The position numbers and the translations under genes are program-made. This document shows positions 36,115 to 49,844 of a stretch of DNA of 64,000 nt, one piece after another (position 1 is the stretch's first letter; each line of letters starts with the position of its first letter). Under the pieces are notes generated by a model, which was not told the origin of the DNA, searched no databases, and saw nothing but the letters and a program-made list of their open reading frames with translations. The DNA lies in assembly GCA_964016885.1 (NCBI GenBank), contig OZ024740.1, forward strand, positions 247,628,001 through 247,692,000. The letters are read 5' to 3'. The DNA comes from Eledone cirrhosa. Lineage: Eukaryota.

Positions 36115-38574
36115 ATGCTAATCAAAGACCAACTCCCCATGTCAACCAAGAACATACCAATACCATCCAGGAATACATATGAGAAATTGCTGATCAACAG
36201 TGTAAATTCATTTATCAATAGAGTGAGATGGAGGACATTCCATTATGATAGAAACAAATCTAACAACTTGAATAATACTAACAATTTTGACTCCTTCGGC
36301 TTTAAAACCTTTAAAAGCCCCCCTCATAACACTCTACTTAACTCCTTTGAAAATGACCTAGTTAAACTAGTTAAGAACATTAAATACAATAAGCACCATA
36401 TTAGAAGCAACACCTTCTTAAACAAACTTAACACTTCTATTAGTGGATTCAAAACTAGTAATAAAATTATTGTACACGCAGATAAAACTAATAACATATA
36501 CAGCCTAGATTATATTACTTATAGAAAGTTTATATATAATGAACTACATAAAAGCTACAAAAAAACCACCTTGAAAAACTTAGAAGATATTAATGTAGAG
36601 GGTTATAATATAGTGTCTAAACTAGGACTACAGAGGCATACACAACCTTTCACTCCGAACCCCCCTAGATTCTCTCTGAAGGACCATAAGGAGAACTTCA
36701 TCAGCAACCCCACGATAAGACTTATCTGCCCTTCCAAGTCCGACATTGGTATTATCAGCAAGAAGATTTTGGATAAAATCATCCCACAAATTAAACACAA
36801 GATACACCTTAAACAATGGGGAAATACGGGTGAAGTAATTGAATGGTTTAAGGATATCAAGAATAATAAGAACAAAAAATTTATTCAATTTGATATCAAT
36901 TCATACTACACCTCTATTTCCCCTATCCTATTAAATAAGGCACTTATCATGGCCATGACCAATAGCGACCTGACTAGAGCCCAGGTTGATGTCATCCTTG
37001 CGGCCCGTAAAACCATAATCACCTTCGAGGACCAACTATGGACACGCAAGGATACGCACAACAACTTCGACATAACCATGGGATCTAGTGACTCGGCGCA
37101 GGTCACTGATTTGGTCGGCCTATACCTCCTCAATGAAATCCATAAAGACCTCCCTTACCTCAACGGTGGTTTGTACCGCGATGATGCACTTCTACTCATA
37201 GAATATAAAAAATTTAATATAGAAAGAACTAGAAAACAACTGCATAAGACATTCAAAAACTTTAACCTTAGTATCACCATGGACAAAAACACTAAAAATG
37301 TTAACTTCCTAGACGCCACACTATACCTAGACTCAAAAATATATACACCCTTCCATAAGCCTAATGAGAAACTTATTTACGTAGATACCAAGTCTAATCA
37401 CCCTAGATCAATATTAAACTCTATCTCTAAGGGGGTGTCCAATAGAATCTCTAGTCTGTCCTATGACGCAAACATATTTAGCAAAAACTCACAATATTAC
37501 AATCAAGCATTAGCTAGCTCCGGCCATAATATAGAAATTGAGTTCCTACCTAAGAAAACACATAGCTACAACATCATCTCGCACAACATGTCCATGAGGA
37601 AATCTAATAATAGGAATAGCAACCACAAGTACACCAAAGCGGAGGGTGCCACCGGAAGTAACCATTACCATGGAAACTACTGTGAGGCCTTAGGAGGAAG
37701 CAACACACCAAACACTAAAAGCAAAAATAGAAGAAGAAATAATACATTTTTCAACCCTCCTTTCAACCTAAATGTCTCCACCAACATACCTAGGGCTTTC
37801 TTCTCACTACTAGATAAAAACTTCCCTCTAGGACACAAGTACCACAACCTCTTAAACAAAAACACCATTAAAATCTCATACTCCACGACGCCTAACTTAG
37901 CATACCACATAGCTAGCAGCAATAATAGTAAAATTAGTTCTTACTTCCAACAAACAAAATCGCAACGGGATGCAAACCCTCTAAATACCACTGTAGCAAG
38001 CAACAATAGCAACGGCAGTAACAATAGAAATAACACTAGTATAAGTAATAACACCAGGGTTGTCAACCTGAACACCCAAAATCCTATATCCACCACACAG
38101 ACTTCCGCATTGCATTATAACCAGCGGACTAACGCACAGAATAATTGTAACTGTAGAGCTAATAGAACCTGCCCTTTAGATAAAAAATGCCTAACCAAGG
38201 ATGTCATATACTCATGCACAGTCACGACTAATAACTCTTCAGAAACCTATGTAGGCTCCACTTCTAACTGCTTCAAAATTAGATATAACTCGCACATCCA
38301 CTCGTTCAAAAAGCACAGCCTAGCCAACTCCACCTCACTTTCTAGCTACATACACTATCTAAAATCTAAAAATAAACCATACACACTCAAATGGGAAGTG
38401 ATAGGCAGCGCGACCTCGTACAAACCACCTAATAAATTCTGTAACCTCTGTATACTAGAGACACACAATATTATCTTCTCCAACCGTAACCTACTTAACA
38501 AAAAATCTGAGGTGTTTGCAACTTGCCAGCACCGCCTCAGACATTCCTTCCAAAACTTTAAGCCCTATATATAG
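36115..38574 (+). CDS. Penelope-like RT + C-terminal GIY-YIG endonuclease, 819 aa, uninterrupted
   Basis: ADKT, LKDHK, FDINSYY, MGSSDSAQVTDLVG, LYRDDA, NFLD; linker CNCR...CPLDKKC; VIYSC..TYVGST..FKIRYNSH; CNLCILE..LLNKKSE. The YRDD type is provisionally Nematis-like. Confidence 0.95.
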   Translation: MLIKDQLPMSTKNIPIPSRNTYEKLLINSVNSFINRVRWRTFHYDRNKSNNLNNTNNFDSFGFKTFKSPPHNTLLNSFENDLVKLVKNIKYNKHHIRSNTFLNKLNTSISGFKTSNKIIVHADKTNNIYSLDYITYRKFIYNELHKSYKKTTLKNLEDINVEGYNIVSKLGLQRHTQPFTPNPPRFSLKDHKENFISNPTIRLICPSKSDIGIISKKILDKIIPQIKHKIHLKQWGNTGEVIEWFKDIKNNKNKKFIQFDINSYYTSISPILLNKALIMAMTNSDLTRAQVDVILAARKTIITFEDQLWTRKDTHNNFDITMGSSDSAQVTDLVGLYLLNEIHKDLPYLNGGLYRDDALLLIEYKKFNIERTRKQLHKTFKNFNLSITMDKNTKNVNFLDATLYLDSKIYTPFHKPNEKLIYVDTKSNHPRSILNSISKGVSNRISSLSYDANIFSKNSQYYNQALASSGHNIEIEFLPKKTHSYNIISHNMSMRKSNNRNSNHKYTKAEGATGSNHYHGNYCEALGGSNTPNTKSKNRRRNNTFFNPPFNLNVSTNIPRAFFSLLDKNFPLGHKYHNLLNKNTIKISYSTTPNLAYHIASSNNSKISSYFQQTKSQRDANPLNTTVASNNSNGSNNRNNTSISNNTRVVNLNTQNPISTTQTSALHYNQRTNAQNNCNCRANRTCPLDKKCLTKDVIYSCTVTTNNSSETYVGSTSNCFKIRYNSHIHSFKKHSLANSTSLSSYIHYLKSKNKPYTLKWEVIGSATSYKPPNKFCNLCILETHNIIFSNRNLLNKKSEVFATCQHRLRHSFQNFKPYI

Positions 38575-40017
38575 CAATGTCGGACTGGAACCTAACACCA
38601 CATCTAGCATCAAACACCAGAGACACACCCTATACTACATACCCAACACTAGCTGATCCATTATAACACAAACAACGACATCCCTCTGGAACCCTTCGCA
38701 GGGAAAATACCCATTTATACCTCTACGGCAGGTGTGACAACATCCACCCACCTGGACGGCACTACACCGCTCTAAGGGTAATTTGAGCATGAATTGATCG
38801 GTTGGATGGTGTTGGGCAGAGGAAACACCTTCCTTAGACAGATGTAAAATGATTTAATCGAGTAGCGCTGTTGACCAGTAGGACCAGGCTGCTGAGCGCA
38901 GTGAGTGAATGCAATGCAACTGCCGTGCGGGTTGTACGTATATGGATGATCTGACGGTCAGAGAGGGGTCGCGAGGACTGCGGATTGACCTTTGGCCTGC
39001 CTGGGGATGATTATCTTTCGACATCCAATGTAGCAAGCGATGACCCAGATCTTACCAGAGATCATTGGGTCCTGAAGCAATCCTGCAATCACCGCGCCTG
39101 GTCATATGAGCAGACTACAACCACAGAGATCATTAATTTAGAATCCTCGCTCATCATCTATAATTTCCATTTGTAGCACCTTAAGATGGGTTAATCCACC
39201 TTAATAATAATATGATCACCTTCAGCATAATTTAGTTAAACTACTCTATAGTTAGTACACTTTATGCTTTAAAAGTCTCTCTTGGAAGGTGCACCTCACC
39301 ATAGAATTTAGGGTCTATATTGGGACACATTTTAATGGCTAGATATAGAAACCCCAGAGTTACCTCCCCGCATGCATTAACTCCCCTTAGCCACACACAC
39401 ACTTCCGGTATTCAATGGCGTCTCTCGAAACGTAACAACCTCCTGTATCGAACTAAAGAACACCAGACTACGATCTCTAACTGGATTGTCGTGGATTATG
39501 TGAAAGGCATATAATCGAAATATACACTCCCTTGACCATGAAAATACCGAAGTACATGAATTACTTGACATCCCTGCGCTGTGCATCTCCAATACTTATA
39601 ACACTTTTAATGCTTGCACTATCTTTAATGCTTATAATATTTCTCCACACACAGACTATATCAATCATATAAAGACTTTGCCACCAGATCTACCAACCTA
39701 ACACTCTTATTTACCTACCTAAGTGCCTCTACCACACATATCTCTCTGCCACACTATATAAACAAGACGCACATGCGTGCCACACATATAACATTTGCAC
39801 TATATAACCACTTATCTTCATGTTGTACTTTAACCTATATCTTTGATTTTTGATTGTACCTATTAATATAAATGTAATCTCGAAGTGTGTACTGCCACTC
39901 TAAATTCTGTAATGAATGTTGACCCACAATGTTTGAATATGTATCAATGTTTGAATATGTATTGGTATGTCTCTCGGCTGAAAGGGAGGTCATATAACTG
40001 TCCATGCATTAATAAAT

Positions 40018-40064
40018 TGCTCCGAAGAATCCAAACCTCGGTTTGGAGGAAACAGCTGTAAGCA
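40018..40064 (+). ncRNA. Hammerhead (U4C core), 3' pLTR of PLE-B
   Basis: Identical to 35819-35865. Confidence 0.7.
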
Positions 40065-40265
40065 CAATAATGTTTTGAACAGTTCTTTGATTCTTATATT
40101 TCATATAACTGCTCTGTAAATCATCTGATGTTTTTACATTGAGCTACTTAACTTATTGGTAATAAGGTAGTAATACATTACTGCCTACCACTATTTAGGG
40201 TGTGTGTAAAATACTTACAACTGCTTAAGGTTTTGTGTTTACATAACCATAAATAGTATAACTAA

Positions 40266-40681
<416 letters not shown>

Positions 40682-40699
40682 TATATACTGCACAACATG

Positions 40700-43560
40700 T
40701 AGCCTCAACATTTTTGCTTAATGTACAAGGCATCAGCCCTTCCACCAATACTCAAAAATGGGAGATCAAATTTCTGAACAATTGGGTTGATGACCATCCT
40801 AACTACACCCCTTTCTTTATCCTCACCGAAACGCATCTCAATCCCCTCCACTTGGAAGCCGTGGTGAAAGTGAAGAATTTCAAAGCTATCCGTGCAGATC
40901 GCGCTGGCAGACGAAAGGGTGGGACTGCCATTTTTGTACGATTCATTTTCCAATGGATACTGTGAAGCAGTCACTGTGTAGAGTAAAACCAACAACTTAA
41001 TAATGTTTGGGCTCCATAGGCCGCCCAAACGCCTCTACCATGCTTCAGGGAATGCCTCAACAGCATAAAGTGTTTCATCCAACAGTGTCACCCTGGCAAC
41101 ATCTTAATGATGAGGGACTTCAACTCCCCGGTGTTGACTGGTCCACAAACAGCTTAATACCAGGTCTTTTCACCTCAACGCCTGACAAAGACAGAGTAAA
41201 ATCACTTCTTGACTTCATTGATGAGTTTTTCCTGTCCCAACTTGTGCTCAAACCAACAAGGTGCCACAAAAACATCAGTAACCTCATTGACACTATCCAC
41301 AATATTGTGGACAAAACTCTACTCTCAGACCATGACATACCGTCCAAAAAGCAAACCTAATGATACCTCTCCAGCCCATCCATTTGACACTGTGGATCTT
41401 CATAATGCAAATTGGGAAGCGATCAATCATGATCTTGCATATGTCGATTGGTCTTTCACGCACACTCACACACCCACTAACATAACAAAATCCTGGTAGT
41501 CATTTGTACACACTGTAACAAATATATCTGCAAAACATACCCCATTAAGATCTGTAAACAAATCTAAGTGCAGAATCCCTAGAAATAGAATAATACTTAT
41601 CAGAAAAATTAAAAGAATTAACAAAAAATTCAACAAACTGAAATACTGCCAGCAGCAACACACCCATTTGACTGCCACTACATCACTAGAATCTAAAAAA
41701 CCCAACCTCGAAAAAAGCATGATGCCCATCATCAACAGCTGAAGAGGCCTGGGCCATTGAGAAAATCAAACTCAATCCAAGAGTGTTCTTTTCATTTGTA
41801 GAAAAACACAAGGTCACTGTCTCCATTTTTGGCCCTCTAATTGGTGGAAATGACACTCCCCAAGATAATGCCAAAACCATGGGTAAGATACTGCAGAAAC
41901 AATTCTGCACTGTTTTCAGCAATCCTGATGTGGCTTATCTGGGCTGTATCGGTGATGTTAATCCCCAACACACTATATCAGAAAAAACGTTTGGCGCCCC
42001 TGATGTCTTAGCGGCAATAAAAGAAACTAAACACAATTCAGCAGTAGGCCCCAATAGGTTCCCTACTTGTGTTCAGAATGTGTGTCGACATCAACTTGCA
42101 CTTCCTCTTGCTAATACTTTCTATGTCAGTCTGTTGTCCCAGTTTTCAAAAAGGGAAACAAATCCCTTGTTATGAATTACCGTCCGATCTCACTCACCTC
42201 TCATATCATTAAGGTATTTCAGAGGGTGGTGAGATCACGAATAACTTACTTTCAACAGGCAACAATCTGCTGAACTCCAACCAACATGTGTTCCGTAATG
42301 GAAGGGATTGCCTAACGCAGCTACTGCATCACTTTGATGACATTTTGAGAGCTTTGGGAGAGGGCTCCAACACTGATCACAACATTCTACCGAGAAAACT
42401 ATCAAACATTGGTGTCACTGTAAAGTTGCTACAGTGGATCAAGTGTTTCCTGTCAAACAAAGCCCAACATGTAGTCGCAGGAATAAAATCGAGCCCAGCC
42501 AAAGTCAGTAGTGGTGTCCCACAAGACAGTGTGTTGGGCTCACTTCTTTTCATTGTCTATATTAATGACATCATCAAGCACAGCAGCATAAGAATCTTCG
42601 CAGATGATTCCAAGTTCCAGAAGGTCATCTCTGGTGTGGATGACCGAGCATGCCTTCCATCGGATCTACTGGTTGTTATCCAATGGGTGGAAAAGAACAA
42701 TATGCTTCTGAACGATGATAAATTTGAGTTAATCCACTTTGGAAAAGAGGATGCCCTGAAACTCCCATACTCCCTTCCTTCTGGTGAAACTGTCGTGGCA
42801 TCCAACAACATCAGAGACTGATGTTGCTCAACATAAACTGGGCCACTCATATAAACAGCAAAGTTGACATGTCCCGCAAAATGTGTTCCTGGATTCTCAG
42901 AACCTCCAGTCAAGAGATATCCACATGATTATCCTTCTCTTCTCCACTTTTGCCCGACACCACCTTAAATATTGTTGTCCACTGTGGTTTCCCCACACGA
43001 AACAAAGTATCATGAAAATTGAAGCTCCTTAAAGTCAATCTCGAAAAGGATAGATAGCATGTCAGGCCTTGATTATTGGGGTCAACTAGAAAAGCTGAAA
43101 CTTTATTCTCTCCAACGCCGTGGTGAGCGCTACATTATCTGCATGATGTGGAAAATATTCCATCAGCTTTGCTCAAATGATGTTGGCATCATATTTAAGG
43201 TACACCCAAGGCTTGGGTCCCGTGCTATCCGCCAACAACAAAAATCTCACTCGCACCTCATAACAACAATACGGTACAATTATTTCACCTTAATTGGCCC
43301 AGCTCTCTTTAACATTACACCAAAACACATTAAAACAGAAACAGAACCCATCAAGTTCAAGAAGTCTTTGGACAAATTCCTTCAAGAAATCCCAGATAAA
43401 CCTCATACACCCGGATATTCCTGAGCAAACAATAACTCCCTTCTTGAGTGGGCCATGGTGCCGAAATCCTGATTTGAAAGACTTCGCCAAGTGGTGTTTT
43501 AAGTTAGACATGGCCTGAGCCAATACTGGCCAAAACTTATCAAAGTAATCAAAGTTATAT
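40700..43560 (+). pseudogene. Decayed CR1/Jockey-group LINE ORF2 (APE + RT)
   Basis: LLNVQG, ILTETHL, LSDHD, NYRPISLTS, FRNGRDCLTQLL, SGVPQDSVLG, FADDSK, LKLYSLQRRGER. Confidence 0.85.
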
Positions 43561-43630
43561 ATGTATGTCTGTGTGTATGTGTGAGTGTGTGTGTGTGAAT
43601 GTGTGTATGTATATATATATATATATATAC

Positions 43631-43743
<113 letters not shown>

Positions 43744-43964
43744 AGAGTGTTGTTCATCTTAGTTGCTACGTGGTAACTTCCTGGTGATAAGTAGGTCCTA
43801 CTGGATGGACGTGCATGGCCACCGCCATATCACAATGATTGCATGACTGCACCAATGATTGCGTAAGCTTCTGACAATGTCACATGAATAACCATGTAAC
43901 AGAACTATATATATAATGCAATAAACAATTATATATATACACTCCATAGTGTATATATACTTCT

Positions 43965-44470
43965 CGCTTTTTTCCAAACCCACCCATTACTGCTTTTAAG
44001 CGCGCCCGAAACTTCCGCGGCCTCCTGGTTCGCAGTTCTTTTTCGTCCTCTCCCACGACTCCACCCGGTTCTCATCCTTGTTCCCGTTCCCGCTGCAACA
44101 CTTGTCCCTTTATTTCCACCCTCACAACTCTTACAGGCCCCAACGGGTCTTTCCGTATCCGCTATTCCTTCATCTGCACATCCACCCACGTTGTCTATGC
44201 CCTCCGGTGTTCCCTTTGCGGGTCTTTATATATCCGACAAACGGGACGCCGTATGACGGACCGATTTGCCGAACATTTGAGGGACATACGACTCGGTTTG
44301 GATACTCCTGTCGTCTGTCATTTCTGTTCTCCTGGTCATTCTTCCCTACATGTTTCAGTCCTGGGTGTCCTTTTACATCGTGGATCACAGGCCTCGCGCA
44401 CCAGGACTGAACAATGTCTGATTCACCGTCTTGGGTCCTATTCCCCTCTTGGACTCAACTCACCTCCCTA
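43965..44470 (+). pseudogene. PLE GIY-YIG 3' fragment (Neptune-like linker)
   Basis: CSRSRCNTC, VVYALRCSLCGSLYIRQTGRRMTDRFAEH, EQCLIHRLGSYSPLGLN. Confidence 0.8.
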
Positions 44471-44616
44471 ATTTCTCTAATACCCCGTCCATTATCACAC
44501 CCCAAGATTCCTATCGCTTTCTCTTTGCTCATAGCTTCGTACGTACATGCACACACACTCTTTTACTCACATATACACACATATCTTTCTTGGCTTCGTA
44601 CGGACCTATAATAACA

Positions 44617-44699
<83 letters not shown>

Positions 44700-44924
44700 A
44701 TGCTTATACACACTCAAGTATAGCTCTTTTTACAAAACGGTTTTTTCTTTTCAGGTAGACGCGCGCCATCATCCTATTTTCTAAAAAAACAAATCATACA
44801 CAAAATGCCAGCACCAATAATTTTGCAAGAGATGTCAACATGAATGGACCTATTATTTTTATCTAAAGACATTTTTCTAATTCCATCCCGCCCGTCCCCT
44901 TCATCTATTTTATTTCGCATTCTT

Positions 44925-44960
44925 TCTTCTGATGAAGGACTAGCGTCCGAAACGTTAAGA
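44925..44960 (+). ncRNA. Minimal type I hammerhead, canonical core
   Basis: TCTT-CTGATGA-A-GGAC TAGC GTCC-GAAAC-GT-T-AAGA, within a repeat spanning about 44880-45050. Confidence 0.8.
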
Positions 44961-45064
44961 CCCTCTTCCTGCTATATCAAGCGTTAACCTAATATATACC
45001 GTCCATATATTGTACCGATTGTGTTGTTATTTCTGTTTACCTTTTACATACATACATATATTTA

Positions 45065-46507
45065 TATCTAGGGCGGGTAAAATTCCCGAGATCCATGGAC
45101 GAGTTCTCTTCAGCGGACTCTGTCCCTCATTATCGCTGCTATGTCCTGCGTCTCCAACATACCAGTGTCTGTCCTTAGGGCATCAACATACGTTAACCTT
45201 GGTCTTCCCCTTCCAGTGTGTCCATGTAGGGGCTCCCACAGGAGCACTGAGTGCAATGTCAACTCTGATGTCGGTGAGCATGTCCAGCTAACCTCAGTTT
45301 CCTCTGTGTCACTTTTGAGCTGACTTTTGGGAGGCTCCCATACAGCTCTGATTTTTTCATCCTCAGTGTATGCTGATTAATGTTCAGAGCCATCCTCAGC
45401 ATTCTCGTGTAGCACCCATCCACCATCTGAGTGAGTTTCTTGGTCAGTGTCCAAGTCTCAGACCCGTACAGCAGCACAGACTCCACTACAGCAATGAAGA
45501 GGCGGATTTTCAGATCTTTACGAAGCTCCGACTTCCACACCGATCTCAGGCTGTGGCACGCCGGCCAGGCTTTGCTCTTCCTCTCAACCACATCATCTTC
45601 CGTATTCCCAATCTTTGCTCCCAAATACAGGAAGTCTTCAACCAATTCTAGCGGCTTCCCGCCTACATTAGTGATCCCCTCTGGCTTCTCAACATTCTCT
45701 ACCAGATATTTTGTTTTAGTCTCATTCATTCTCAGCCCTACACTCATAGCCATAGTCTCAACCTCCTGCATCAAATCCTCTGCCTCCTTCACTGTATTTG
45801 TCACCAAAACTATGTCGTCGGCAAATTCAGCATCCGATATCTTTTTCGCCTTAACTCTCCTGCTCTGAGCCGGTGCTACAGTAAAGCCAGAGCCTGGTGT
45901 TTCTCCAGTGCAAGGCGCATGCAATAGTCCACTAGGATCATAAAAAGTAGGGAGCCAAAAGGATAGGAAGAGGAAATGGCTAGACCATTTTAGGACCCTA
46001 CTAGGAGAGCCGCCCTCCACGGCCCAGAACACTGGGGATATCAGGCGGCTGTTTGAAGAACTGGATATTGAGACAGAGCCCTTCACCAGAGAGGAGCTTC
46101 AGAGAGCCAAGAAGAAGATCAAGGAGGGCAAAGCTCATGGAGCAGATGGAGTGGCATCAGATGTGATGAAGAGGTGTGATTTTGATGATGTCATCCTGGG
46201 GTTCTGTAACCAGGCACTGGAGAAAGGAGTTGACCCGAATCAGTGGAGGATCAGTAACATCGTCCCAGTGCCAAAGAAGGGAGATCTCTCTAACACCAAC
46301 AACTACCGGGGGATCTCACTGAAGTCACTTGCGGCAAAGACCCTCAACAGGATTATTCTGTGGACCGTCACTACCTGATGAAGATCTTACAGGCTTATGG
46401 AATCCCCAAGACGATAGTGGACCTGATATCACTGCTCTACACCAACACGAAAGCCCAAGTCATTACACCTGATGGGATGACAGAGTTCTTTGAGATACCG
46501 GCTGGAC
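45065..46507. mobile_element. RTE-clade element with inverted 5' part (3' part minus 45065-45915; 5' part plus 45935-46507)
   Basis: Minus: EFADDI, DFLYLG, VLLYGSETW, LRLAGH. Plus: WLDHF, KEGKAHGADG, IVPVPKKGDLSNTNNYRGISL, ILQAYGIP. Confidence 0.85.
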
Positions 46508-46508
46508 T

Positions 46509-46621
<113 letters not shown>

Positions 46622-46759
46622 GCAAGAAACAAAGAAAATATCAGTGATGTGAAAAGTCTTCCTGGTGTTCAGGTAAACTGCTGGTGTAGATCCAGTTTCA
46701 GAGTGAAAATCCAATTTGAAAATCCATCGAATTTGAGAGGTCCCCGTAAGCGTTGACGT

Positions 46760-46905
46760 GTATATGTAGGTAAACAGAAATAACAATACAATCGGTATAT
46801 ATTAGGTTAACGCTTGAAATAGCAGGAAGAGGGTCTATAGATTTCGGATGCTAGTTCTTCATCAGAAAAAAGAATGAGAAATTAGAAAGATTCAAGAGAC
46901 GGGCA
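46760..46905 (-). ncRNA. Decayed copy of the 44.9-kb hammerhead repeat
   Basis: Minus strand: CTGATGAAGAACTAGCATCCGAAATCTATAGACCCTCTTCCTGCTAT. Confidence 0.6.
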
Positions 46906-47521
46906 TGCATACATATATACATATACATACACACATATATATATACATATATACACATATGCATTCATATATAACGTGATAACGTGAGTCCGCGTTTGGT
47001 CTTCAAATACCACTAACTTGCATATTGCGCAGGTAGGATTGTTGATTTTGGTTTCATAGAAACCTATCGGAGGTATTGCATAATACTCCTCGACACGGTC
47101 CAGGTTTGTAATCTAACCTGATTGTATTTTCGTTGTTTTGTTGAATTATGTGGCTAGGGCCCCTTGCTGCAGTTTTCAATTTGTCACGTTATCTAGCGTA
47201 TGTTAATTACTCTAAGGTGCAGCCTATCGATTCATCAATACATTCTTATTGAGTGCTTTTATGCAAACCTAATTGTATCTCGTAAGCTTGGCCACCGCCA
47301 TAACTTCGATTTTCCTAACCTTCCATTTGTATATATATATATATAAGTATGCATACATACATACACACACACACGCGCGCACACACACAAATATATATAT
47401 ATATACACGCACACGCATATACATATGTATGGATGGGTTAATAATATTCGAACCGTTTGCCAGCAAACGGCACGACTAAGCTATGCTGTGCCATGATGAA
47501 TAATCCACATTTGTTTTTTCA

Positions 47522-47564
47522 ACAATCAACATGTGTCTGGGTCATTACCGTTCATCAGGAGTGT
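47522..47564 (-). ncRNA. Decayed minimal hammerhead (32.3/63.7-kb family)
   Basis: Minus strand: ACACTC-CTGATGA-A-CGGT AATG ACCC-A-GACA-CATG-TT-GATTGT. Confidence 0.55.
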
Positions 47565-47851
47565 GTACCTTTATGCCACCCTGTTGAACAGTCGAAAATA
47601 TGTAGTATTTTCTAAAGTATACACCGGCTGATTGGACTCATTTGCATACCGAGCGATTTCACGGCTGCCCTTGCCGAAAATTGAAAATAAAATTAGAATT
47701 TTACTCCTCGGTGTTGCATAGCAGATATATAAATTTAAGTAAGCATACGTACACATACACGCACATGCGCAAAAACATACACACGCACACATATAATTAT
47801 ATATACACACACATACATATACATATGTACATTCACACACATACACACACT

Positions 47852-47912
<61 letters not shown>

Positions 47913-48479
47913 TTTCTGAATTTGTTTAGCAAGATTCTTTATCTGAAAACGTGTGTTGGAACCGATATTGTTATACTTTGGGAGGGTCATGTTGCCAATA
48001 AGAAACACACGCACCAGCTGCTTACACTTCAATTTATTATAATAAATTTATAAATTTAGGAATTTATAAATTTCCGGTTGGTTGGTTGGTTCCACAACCA
48101 GATGATTGTTTATATATTGTCAAGTTTTTTCATCACACATTCAGTGACTGGGGATTCTTTTCTTTGTTTTTGTGCCTCTCCTTTGTTCTGTCCTACGCCA
48201 TCTTGTTTTTGTTTGTGTGTTGTGTGCTTAGTTTGCGCATGTGTTACATCCGGGTGTCTGTATGTGTTTTTATTCGTTTATTTATTTGTTTATTTACATG
48301 TTACTGGTTGGTTGTTTGTTCTATGTGCATGTGTGTTTTCATTTTGTCATTAATTGTAAGTTGTGATGTTGCGTAATGCATGCTCGGACGGCCAGGTAGC
48401 GGGACTGGGGCCTACACCAGGAAGCGAACCTGTTCCCGCAATGTCGTATGATATAACCCCTTCTTCTGGACGGGATTAC

Positions 48480-49110
48480 ACAGCAACCTCGCAGCCTATT
48501 ACTTTAGGGCCATAGATAAGCACTTCCATAAACAGCACAGGTACCACGCCATTTTCAACAGGCACACAATTAAATTGTCCTACTCCACAAGTAGAAACCT
48601 GGCACAAAATATAGAAACCTTAAACCGAAGTATCGAATTAAGACTAAATTATGAAAAAGATTTACTTATGCTGAGACCAAGCACGTGTGCAGACATATAT
48701 TTTCAATTCAAGACGTTATAAACATTAATATGCGTATACTTTTACTTTACAATGCTTTGAAGCTAGGTTTGAAACAAGCAAATTACAGTTTCATGAAATT
48801 TTTTACGAGCGAAGAAAAACCCCGGTACCTGCCCACTGGAAAGTAAATGCCTTAGCAGTAGCTTAGTCTATGAATGTAGGGTGAGTACCAATAGCCAAAC
48901 CTTCACCTATATTGGAGCTACGGCTAATCATTTTAAGGAACGCTAGAACAACCACTGACACACCTTTAGGAAAGTGGATCAGAAAAATAGCACCGCCATC
49001 TCCAGTAAACACGACAGCAGGGAGACCCTTTCAGGAACTCATATGTCTGCTGGACGCATGAGCAAAGGACGTGTTTTTTCCTGCCGGCGGCATATCATAA
49101 TATCGAATTT
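48480..49110 (+). pseudogene. Decayed PLE fragment interrupted by a 190-bp insert (48630-48820)
   Basis: HRYHAIFNRHTIKLSYSTSRNLAQNI, then CPL..KCL..LVYEC..TYIGAT..FKER. Confidence 0.75.
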
Positions 49111-49345
49111 AATCTGAGGATACCATTCGCATAACAACAACAAATGCATGAATTACATCTTGATTGCATGGGAGAACCGTTGAAATAATTATAATGAATA
49201 AACGATTCATGTAACATCAGCATCATTATTAATGATATTATTATACTGAACCTCCATCGTAGCTACAAACTATGAATGTTGAGAGCTTCCTCCTGCTTGC
49301 TCTTGATTTTACCAAAACAATCTCTTCGGAACACACAAATACACA

Positions 49346-49376
<31 letters not shown>

Positions 49377-49442
49377 CAACACACACACACATATATATAT
49401 TTCTTGTTCAAAAGTGTTTTTAGGTCTCATATCATGATACCT

Positions 49443-49512
49443 TATTTTATCTGATGAGAACACAATCTTTGTCCCAGGATGATGTTGTTTTCAAAATGCG
49501 CATAATAAAATA
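49443..49512 (+). ncRNA. Decayed hammerhead (30458/33628 family)
   Basis: TATTTTAT-CTGATGA-GAACA...TGTTTTC-AAAA-TGCGCA-TA-ATAAAATA. Confidence 0.6.
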
Positions 49513-49543
49513 TATGGAACTTTTTTAACCATCTTTTAATTTC

Positions 49544-49591
<48 letters not shown>

Positions 49592-49792
49592 TATATAAGA
49601 ACGAATCTGGATAATATTCAACCACTCTCGGACGCGAGTCTACATGTTAAAGCATACCTGAAGGGCTTCCGATTCCAGAGTCAAATTCGATCATTAATAG
49701 ATCGTTCCTCGAGCTGATCGACTGGGAAACATATGTAATATGTAATAGAATATGTACATGATGCAACATTGATTTGTTCCCTTATATATTAA

Positions 49793-49840
<48 letters not shown>

Positions 49841-49844
<4 letters not shown>

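Noticed and set aside
34955-39592. Identical small ORFs on opposite strands at 35 kb and 39 kb
   Set aside because: They are a by-product of the inverted duplication and have no recognisable domains.
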